A stretch of 64,000 bases of DNA from an uncultured Candidatus Binatia bacterium (lineage in GTDB: Bacteria > Desulfobacterota > Binatia > UBA9968 > JAJDTQ01), in assembly GCA_965215605.1 (NCBI GenBank), contig OZ244070.1, forward strand, positions 608,001-672,000, read 5' to 3'. Shown here in pieces: positions 57,602-64,000 of the stretch. The position numbers were made by a program, and so were the translations under genes. Each line of letters starts with the position of its first letter. Within the stretch, counting starts at the first letter, position 1. The notes under the pieces are model-generated. The model was not told where the DNA came from, made no database searches, and saw nothing but the letters and a program-made list of their open reading frames with translations.

Positions 57602-57688
57602 CCGTTGATCTTTTTTTGCCCAGCACCTCTTTGGGCGCTCCGTCCTGTTCGTATACGGATGCGCATGGAACGTGCCAATTACGCGAAG

Positions 57689-58546
57689 ATGAACAGGTCG
57701 TTGTATTTCTCCCTGCTCATGCTAGCGTGCATGGCGCTGCCGGGATGGTCCGCGGAGTTTGCCACCCTGAAGGGCGCCACGCTGGTGGATGCGGACATGA
57801 ACGACGGCGACAGCTTCGTGGTCCGTGCGGACGGCCGCGAGCTGCACTTGCGGCTCTACCACGTGGACTGTCTGGAGACCGCTTCCAGCGGCAAGGCGCA
57901 GTTGGAACGGATTCGCGAGCAGCAGCATTATTTCGGTCTCGCGGACCCGAGTGAGGTGGTGCGATTCGGCAAGCTTGCCGCCGAATACGTGAAACGGGTT
58001 CTGGCCAGACCCTTCACCGTCCATACCCGTTACGCCCGGGCGTTGGGACGTTCGGCGACGGGGCGTTTCTACGCTTTCATTTCGACCGGTGACGGCCACG
58101 CTCTCGGAGAGAGCCTGGTTGTACGGGGTCTGGCCAGGGTGCACGGCCAGCCCCGGTCGGCTCCGGACGGCAGGCCGGCCAAGGCCGTTCGAGCGGCGCT
58201 TCTGGACCTTCAGGACGTCGCCATGTTGAGCCGCGCCGGGATCTGGGCGGCTACCGACACCGAACTGCTCGTGAAGATGCGCCAACGCCAGCGGGAAGCA
58301 GCGGAGGAGTTGAAGGAATTCGGTCGACGCGTGGCGAAAACGCGGACCGGCGGGGACGAGCCCCTCGATGTGAACGGCGCGTCAAGCGCGCAGCTTCAGC
58401 GGATTCCAGGTGTCGGCCGGGTCATCGCCGAGCGGATCGTCGCCGGCCGACCCTATCGAAAGGTCGAGGACCTGTTGAAGGTCCGCGGCATTGGCAGAAA
58501 GAAGCTGGAAGCCATCCGCCCCCACGTGAAGGCAGGCAACAAATGA
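57689..58546 (+). CDS. Exported thermonuclease (SNase)-like protein with C-terminal ComEA-type HhH domain
   Basis: Signal peptide; DGDS, RLYHVDCLET, GRFYA, LVVRGLAR, GIW; then LDVNGAS..QLQRIPGVG...RPY...DLLKVRGIG. Confidence 0.82.
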   Translation: MNRSLYFSLLMLACMALPGWSAEFATLKGATLVDADMNDGDSFVVRADGRELHLRLYHVDCLETASSGKAQLERIREQQHYFGLADPSEVVRFGKLAAEYVKRVLARPFTVHTRYARALGRSATGRFYAFISTGDGHALGESLVVRGLARVHGQPRSAPDGRPAKAVRAALLDLQDVAMLSRAGIWAATDTELLVKMRQRQREAAEELKEFGRRVAKTRTGGDEPLDVNGASSAQLQRIPGVGRVIAERIVAGRPYRKVEDLLKVRGIGRKKLEAIRPHVKAGNK

Positions 58547-58549
58547 GCG

Positions 58550-58580
58550 TGCCCGGGGGCGCTCAGCGCGCCCCCGGGCA
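58550..58580. terminator. GC-rich hairpin between convergent genes
   Basis: TGCCCGGGGGCGC-tcagc-GCGCCCCCGGGCA, 13-bp stem; no clear U-tract. Confidence 0.55.
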
Positions 58581-58608
58581 AACCGCTTCGGAACCGATCC
58601 CAACAAGC

Positions 58609-59634
58609 CTACAGCGGTTTTGCCTGGAGGTAGTAACCCCGCTCTCTCAGGGTTTCGTTCAGCAGGTCCCTGGCGACGAACTTCTCGACGTCGGGGAGCG
58701 GCTTGTCCTTGGGCCAGAGGTTCTTCGCGATCATGCGCTTGACGCGGGACTCGAACAGGCTCCTGACCAGGGCTTCGGGCATGTCCGGGCCGTACTGGTC
58801 GAACACTTCCTCCCAGACCCCTTCGGCTTCCCTGCGGTCCTTCATGGCGAAGTACTTCTGGATGACGTCCACGGACCCTTCCTTGTTGGTCTTCATGTAC
58901 TCCGCCGCCTCGGCCATGGCGTGGATGAAGGCCTTGGCCGTTGCCCGGTTGGCCTTGAGGAAGTCGTTGTGGACCCAGAAGCTGCCGCCGATGCGGGGCA
59001 GGTATTTGCCGGTCTTCAGGATGACCTTGAAACCGGCGAGCTTGGCCTTGGCGGCGTGGGGAAAGGTGAGCAGGCCGGCGTGGATGTCGCCGTTGATCAT
59101 GGCGGCAATCCGTTCGGCCTCGCCCCGGAAGCTGATGACCTTGTAGTCGCGTCCGGGCTCCATGCCGAAGTTCTTGGACAGCACGATGTCGGCCTCATCG
59201 TAGTCGGCGCTGCCGGGGCGCCCCAGGCCGATGATCTTGCCCTTGAGGTCCTTCACCGACTTGATGCTCGCGTGGGCGGTGACGGTCCACTGGGAGATCA
59301 GGGACTGGCCCACCAGGTAGGTGATGGGCGCGCCCTTGAGCGCGGCCTGGGAGCCGCCGCCGGGAATCGGCACGAAGTCGATCTGCTTAGCGATGCCGGC
59401 GTTGAGCAGAGCCTTGCCGCTCATGCTGCGGTACTTGCCTTCCAGCCCGTACTTCTTGAATATGCCCTGCTCCATGGCGATGTACGAGGGGATGTGGAAT
59501 CCACTCGCCGAGGTGGTCCGGCCCACGCTGATGGGCGTCATGTCCGCCGCGCTTGCGGCAGAGGCCGCAAGGGTTGTAATGCCGAAGGCCAACAACGCCG
59601 CCGGAGCCGTCCATTTGTTCCCGAATAGCTTCAT
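58609..59634 (-). CDS. ABC transporter substrate-binding protein (SsuA/NMT1-like)
   Basis: Signal peptide; YIAMEQGIFKKYGL, KDLKGKIIGLGRPGS. Confidence 0.87.
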   Translation of the reverse strand: MKLFGNKWTAPAALLAFGITTLAASAASAADMTPISVGRTTSASGFHIPSYIAMEQGIFKKYGLEGKYRSMSGKALLNAGIAKQIDFVPIPGGGSQAALKGAPITYLVGQSLISQWTVTAHASIKSVKDLKGKIIGLGRPGSADYDEADIVLSKNFGMEPGRDYKVISFRGEAERIAAMINGDIHAGLLTFPHAAKAKLAGFKVILKTGKYLPRIGGSFWVHNDFLKANRATAKAFIHAMAEAAEYMKTNKEGSVDVIQKYFAMKDRREAEGVWEEVFDQYGPDMPEALVRSLFESRVKRMIAKNLWPKDKPLPDVEKFVARDLLNETLRERGYYLQAKPL

Positions 59635-59740
59635 TTCATCACTCCTTGTTGTTTTCTTCACCACAAGCCGATGAGCGAGTGCACTCTATGACAGAGTCAT
59701 TCGGGTTTGCAAGGGGGATCAGGCGGGATGAGGTCGGCGG

Positions 59741-60388
59741 TCAGCGGCAGAAGGGCCAGACCTGGTACCAGGAGTCGCAACGGAAACGGGACTCGCATTG
59801 GGCGAGCTGGGAGCGGTACTGGGCGGCGGTGGCGGCCACGCGCTTGGCGGTGCGCTGGACCTGGGGCTTCTTCTTCCAGGTGCCGCGCCGGTAGCCGCCC
59901 TTGCCCTCGTGATAGGCGAGATAGAGTCTCTCCGGGTCGCTGCGGGAGATGCCCAGCTCGCGCGAGGTCTTGTGGTTGTACCAGCCGATGAAGTCCAGGG
60001 CGTCCTCCATGTCGCCCCGGCTGCGGAAGAGGCTTCCCCGCTCGGCCTCGTACTCGCTCCAGACAGGATCCTGGGCCTGGGCGTAACCCCTGGCGGACGA
60101 CGGGCGCCCCAGCGGAATGAAGAGCAGCCATCTCATGGGCGGCCTGGCGTCGCTCCGGAAGCTCGACTCATGCCGCACGAAGGCCATGAGGATATGCACC
60201 GGCGTCCCCCACTGTTTCTGGGAGTCGCGGGCGTAGTCGTACCATTCAGGGTTGTGGGCAAACAACTCGCAGACGTCCCGTTGATGTTGCGGCGGCGGCA
60301 CGTAGCTGCAGCCCGCCGCCCACGCCAAAAGGATCACCGCCAGCACCGTACGCAGGAGAGCCACGTCCTTTGGAAGACCCTTTGCCAC
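59741..60388 (-). CDS. Transglycosylase SLT-like lipoprotein
   Basis: Lipobox AAGC; HESSF...ARPP, SSARGYAQA, YLAYHEG. Confidence 0.85.
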   Translation of the reverse strand: MAKGLPKDVALLRTVLAVILLAWAAGCSYVPPPQHQRDVCELFAHNPEWYDYARDSQKQWGTPVHILMAFVRHESSFRSDARPPMRWLLFIPLGRPSSARGYAQAQDPVWSEYEAERGSLFRSRGDMEDALDFIGWYNHKTSRELGISRSDPERLYLAYHEGKGGYRRGTWKKKPQVQRTAKRVAATAAQYRSQLAQCESRFRCDSWYQVWPFCR

Positions 60389-60391
60389 GCG

Positions 60392-62332
60392 TCAGGGAGA
60401 CGCCGGCTCGCTCGCCGGCCGTAGCACCTTGACCCTCACCAGGTGGGCCACGATGGCCAGGGTCACGGCGGCGGCGCCCACGCTGAGGGTGACGGCGCCC
60501 GGGAAGACCATGGTGAAACCGCCCGCCACCAGGAGCGCCCGCTCCCAAATGACGGTTTCCTTCGAGACCCAGCCCTCGAAGCCCGCGGCCAGGGCGAACA
60601 GCGCAAGCGCGGCCGTGCCGGTGGAGAACAGGATCTCGGCAACGGTCCCGTCCATCAGCAGGCCGGAATTGAAGACGAACATGAACGGCAGCACGAACGC
60701 ACCGATGGCCAGCCGTATGCCGATGAGCCCCACGATCATGGGGTTGGCTCCGGCCAGGCCTCCGGCAAGGAACATGGCGGGGCCCGCGGGAGGCGACATG
60801 GGCGCGATGACGGCGAAGTAGACCGCGAACAGGTGCGCGGCCAGCGGCGACACGCCCAGGGACACGGTCACCGGGACGATCATGATCGCCGTCAGGATGT
60901 AGGTGGCGGCCACCGACAGCGGCGCGCCGAGCACCAGGGAGGCGATCATGGCGATCACCAGGGCCGGGAACAGGTAGCCGCCCGAGAAGAGCATCACCAT
61001 GGAGCCGAACTTGCCGCCGAGGCCGGTGGCGGAAATGGCGGTGACCATGATGGCGCCCGCGGCGATGGGCAACGCCACGATGATGGTGGTCCTGGCCCCG
61101 GTCTCCAGTCCCTTGAGCACGTTCTTGACGAAGTCCTTGCGCCCCTTTTTCCTCACCGCCGTCACCGCCAGCAAGGTGGCCATGGCCACCAGCGCGGCCC
61201 GGATGGGCGTATAGCCTTCCAGCAGCACCCAGACGATGACCACCAGCGGCACGATGAAGTGGCCGTCCTCCTTGAGCACGTCCCACGCCGTGCGCCGGCC
61301 CTCGGTGGGGGAGACGATCCCCATCTTCACGCTCTCCATGTGCACCTGCCAGAAGACCGTGAAGAAATAGAGACAGGCGGGTATGAACGCCGCCACGATG
61401 ATTTCGACGTAGGGGATGCCGCTGATGTCGCTCATCAGGAACACGGTGGAGGCCATCACCGGCGGCATGAACATGCCGCCCATGGACGCCGACAACTCCA
61501 CCGCGCCGGCGAACGCCGGCCGGAAGCCGACGCGCTTCATCATCGGGATGGTGAAGGAGCCGCTGGTGGCGACGTTGGCGATCTGGCTGCCGGAAATCGT
61601 GCCGAAAAGGCCGCTCCCCACCACCGCCACCTTGGCCGGGCCCCCGCGCGCGCGTCCGGCCATGGCGTCGGCCAGGTCCACGAAGAACGAGGCCCCGCCC
61701 AGGTGCAGCAGCAACTGGCCGAAGAGCACGAACAGGATGATGTAGGTCGCCGAGATGTTCATCAGCGAGCCCCACATGCCCTGGGGGCTCAGAAACAGCA
61801 CGTCGATGACAAGGTCGAAGGTCAGGCCCGAGTGCCACCAGATCCCGCCGAGAAGATTGCCCCAGAACATGTAGAGCAGGAACACCACGGTGACCAGCAC
61901 CAGCGGCATCCTCGACACCCGCCGCACCCCTTCGAGCACCAGCAGCACCAGCAGGCTGCCGAAGACGAGGTCCATCAGGGGAGGCTCGTCGATCTGGCTC
62001 AGCCACAGGGTGATGCGCTCCAGGTTGACCATCATGTAGCCCCAGATGGCCAGCGACAGCACCGCCGGGACGATGTCCCACACCCCCACCCGGGTCTTCT
62101 TGGCCCCCGGCGCGTAGACGATGAAAGAGAAGGCCAACAGCCACAACAGGTGCGTCGCCCGGTGCTGAAACACGTTCAGCTTGCCCACGCCAATGATGAA
62201 GACGTACAGGTGGTAGCACGAGTACAGGATGGCGAAGCCGGTGACGAGCTTGCCGGTGAGGCCCGTGAACTCCCTGCGGCTGCCCTCGGCGTACTCTTCG
62301 TACACCCGGCCCAGTGCGGTCATGAATGGCAT
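60392..62332 (-). CDS. TRAP transporter fused permease (4TM/12TM, TAXI-type)
   Basis: GGPAKVAV, GTISGS..ANV..SGSFTIPMMK, GGMFMPPVM, MSPP. Confidence 0.93.
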   Translation of the reverse strand: MPFMTALGRVYEEYAEGSRREFTGLTGKLVTGFAILYSCYHLYVFIIGVGKLNVFQHRATHLLWLLAFSFIVYAPGAKKTRVGVWDIVPAVLSLAIWGYMMVNLERITLWLSQIDEPPLMDLVFGSLLVLLVLEGVRRVSRMPLVLVTVVFLLYMFWGNLLGGIWWHSGLTFDLVIDVLFLSPQGMWGSLMNISATYIILFVLFGQLLLHLGGASFFVDLADAMAGRARGGPAKVAVVGSGLFGTISGSQIANVATSGSFTIPMMKRVGFRPAFAGAVELSASMGGMFMPPVMASTVFLMSDISGIPYVEIIVAAFIPACLYFFTVFWQVHMESVKMGIVSPTEGRRTAWDVLKEDGHFIVPLVVIVWVLLEGYTPIRAALVAMATLLAVTAVRKKGRKDFVKNVLKGLETGARTTIIVALPIAAGAIMVTAISATGLGGKFGSMVMLFSGGYLFPALVIAMIASLVLGAPLSVAATYILTAIMIVPVTVSLGVSPLAAHLFAVYFAVIAPMSPPAGPAMFLAGGLAGANPMIVGLIGIRLAIGAFVLPFMFVFNSGLLMDGTVAEILFSTGTAALALFALAAGFEGWVSKETVIWERALLVAGGFTMVFPGAVTLSVGAAAVTLAIVAHLVRVKVLRPASEPASP

Positions 62333-62450
62333 GAATCGGTGACTCGAGGTCGAGGTCGGCAGGCCGCGCGGCAGGGTGTGCCGCGCGACGAGGCGCCGGG
62401 CGCCGGCGCGGACGTCACGTCCAGGACCGGCGCCCGACTCGTACGCGCCA

Positions 62451-63455
62451 CTACTTCATGGCGCCCACTTCGCGGAAGTACTTCTTGGTGCCCTCGTGGA
62501 GATTCAGCGCCTCCGACGCGTTGTCCAGGGCCACCGTGTTGGCCGCGGTCAGCGCCTTGAACGACGTGTGCACGTTCACCAGGTAGTCCTGGCTGCCGAA
62601 GACCGCCTTGGTGATGGTGTATGCCTGATCCACGGACAGGTCCGACCGGATGGCAATGATGTCGGCCATGCGCACGGTGTGGAGGGATTCGGTGTTGACG
62701 AACTTGTAGCCGTATCCGAAGTCCCCCGGGTTGTCGAGCTTCACGTACTCGTACCCGAACTCCGCGCCGAGCTTGTCGATGGCGGCCTTGTCGAGGCCCA
62801 CCCAAACCATCTTCCGGTTGTTGGTGAGATCGACGATCCGGGCGCTCGGCTGCCCCCACAGACCTCCCAGGCCCTCGATCTGGCCGTCCTGGAGCAGTTC
62901 CAGTGAGGGTGCGGAGTACTGGTAGTGAATCTTCGCGCCCCAGGCTTCCATGGCCTTGAAGTTGGTGCCGTGCACCTTGGCCACGTCGTCAAACACTTGG
63001 TAGGAGCCGCTTCCCTTGGGACCCACCGAGATGCCGTTCTTGGCCTTGCGGGACACGTAGTCGCCGAAAGTCTTGAGGCCGGCCTTGGGGGTGGCCACGA
63101 ACATGAAGAGGTCCGCGCCCCAGAACGCCAGCAGGTTGAACTTGTACGCCTTCTTGAACGGCGCCTGACCCCGCTGGGCCGCCACCGCCATGCGCGCCGA
63201 CGCGCCCACGGCCACGTCCGCCTTGCCGGTGCCGATCAGCGCCAGACCCGCCGCGGGACTGGAGGTCGGGACGGCGACGTTGGAATTCTTGATGGCCCTG
63301 CGCAGGGCTTCGCCGATGCCTTCCGCCTTCACCTGGAGCGTGCCGCCGGCCGGCGACCCCGCCACCGAGATGTTCCACGACTGTGCGAACGCACTCATGC
63401 CCGGGAGCATCAGCGCTGCCAAAACCAAGCTTAAGAAAAGAGCTTTCCGGTTCAT
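62451..63455 (-). CDS. TAXI family TRAP solute-binding protein
   Basis: Signal peptide; GSPAGG, GPKGSG, LHEGTKKYFREVG. Confidence 0.9.
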   Translation of the reverse strand: MNRKALFLSLVLAALMLPGMSAFAQSWNISVAGSPAGGTLQVKAEGIGEALRRAIKNSNVAVPTSSPAAGLALIGTGKADVAVGASARMAVAAQRGQAPFKKAYKFNLLAFWGADLFMFVATPKAGLKTFGDYVSRKAKNGISVGPKGSGSYQVFDDVAKVHGTNFKAMEAWGAKIHYQYSAPSLELLQDGQIEGLGGLWGQPSARIVDLTNNRKMVWVGLDKAAIDKLGAEFGYEYVKLDNPGDFGYGYKFVNTESLHTVRMADIIAIRSDLSVDQAYTITKAVFGSQDYLVNVHTSFKALTAANTVALDNASEALNLHEGTKKYFREVGAMK

Positions 63456-63667
63456 TCAAATACCTCCTGGGTTTTGTCGATTTGGCCTGTTTATCCCATT
63501 TGCCATGCAACATCAACAACAAGTTCTCGTCGGCCAAGGTCTGCGGAACGGGCGGTCGATCCCCGCCGGATTTCCGGTTGAACGAACAGCTTGGCCTGGG
63601 TTGGACAAACGATCAGGGGTGGGCTACAGACCATACTCCAAACTATCTTGATCAGGAGGACCACCCA

Positions 63668-64000
63668 ATGAGACGAAGCAACATTGTCGGACGCTTGACC
63701 CTGGCCGCCATCGCGGCGCTTACACTGGCGTTCAGCGTTTCGAACCCGGCTCTGGCAGCCGACAAGGTGCTGGACAAGATTCACTTCCTCATTCCCGGCG
63801 GCGCCGGCGGCGGCTGGGACGGCACCGCCCGTGGCACCGGAGAGGCGCTGACCAAGTCCGGCATCGTCGGCTCGGCCTCGTACGAGAACATGTCCGGCGG
63901 CGGCGGCGGCAAGGCCATCGGCTTCCTCATCGAGAACGCCGCATCGAACCACGGCACGCTGATGGTCAACTCCACGCCCATCATCATCCGCTCACTGACC
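63668..64000 (+). CDS. Bug/TctC substrate-binding protein, N-terminal part (runs off window)
   Basis: Own translation: MRRSNIVGRL...IHFLIPGGAGGGWDGTARG...ENMSGGGG; AGGAGG RBS. Confidence 0.88.
   Translation, partial: MRRSNIVGRLTLAAIAALTLAFSVSNPALAADKVLDKIHFLIPGGAGGGWDGTARGTGEALTKSGIVGSASYENMSGGGGGKAIGFLIENAASNHGTLMVNSTPIIIRSLT

Overview
High-GC bacterial chromosome segment. The many Bug/TctC, TAXI-TRAP, LLM and cupin genes suggest a deltaproteobacterial/Binatia-like organism, but that is inference only. The first ~22 kb, next to nuoAB, is a defence island built on a class 1 DISARM backbone (drmD-drmMI-drmA-drmB; no drmC). A lower-GC cassette of ~7 kb sits between drmMI and drmA and is fused in frame to the DISARM genes at both ends. 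An aGPT-Pplase1-like (thymidine-hypermodification family) domain continues the DrmMI methyltransferase. A DUF6575-like domain precedes the DrmA helicase and is coupled to a small ART-fold-like ORF. The cassette also carries a convergent operon (membrane protein, ThsB-like TIR, Nmad2, MazG), parDE and an orphan ABC-type ATPase. Just right of the island is an omega-like glutathione S-transferase that the ORF track truncates: it has an in-frame TGA at the catalytic Cys position followed by a bacterial-SECIS-like hairpin, so it is a probable selenoprotein. The remaining ~40 kb is transport and catabolism: ehuABCD, TctC, cupins, ptrB, an LLM/hydrolase/Mo-hydroxylase operon, sfsA, an OM barrel-MMPL-LolA-like operon next to livG/livF pseudogenes, ABC and TRAP transporters, and an SNase-HhH protein. 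No rRNA, tRNA, CRISPR array or integrase/transposase was recognised. All family assignments are by motif recognition, without database searches.
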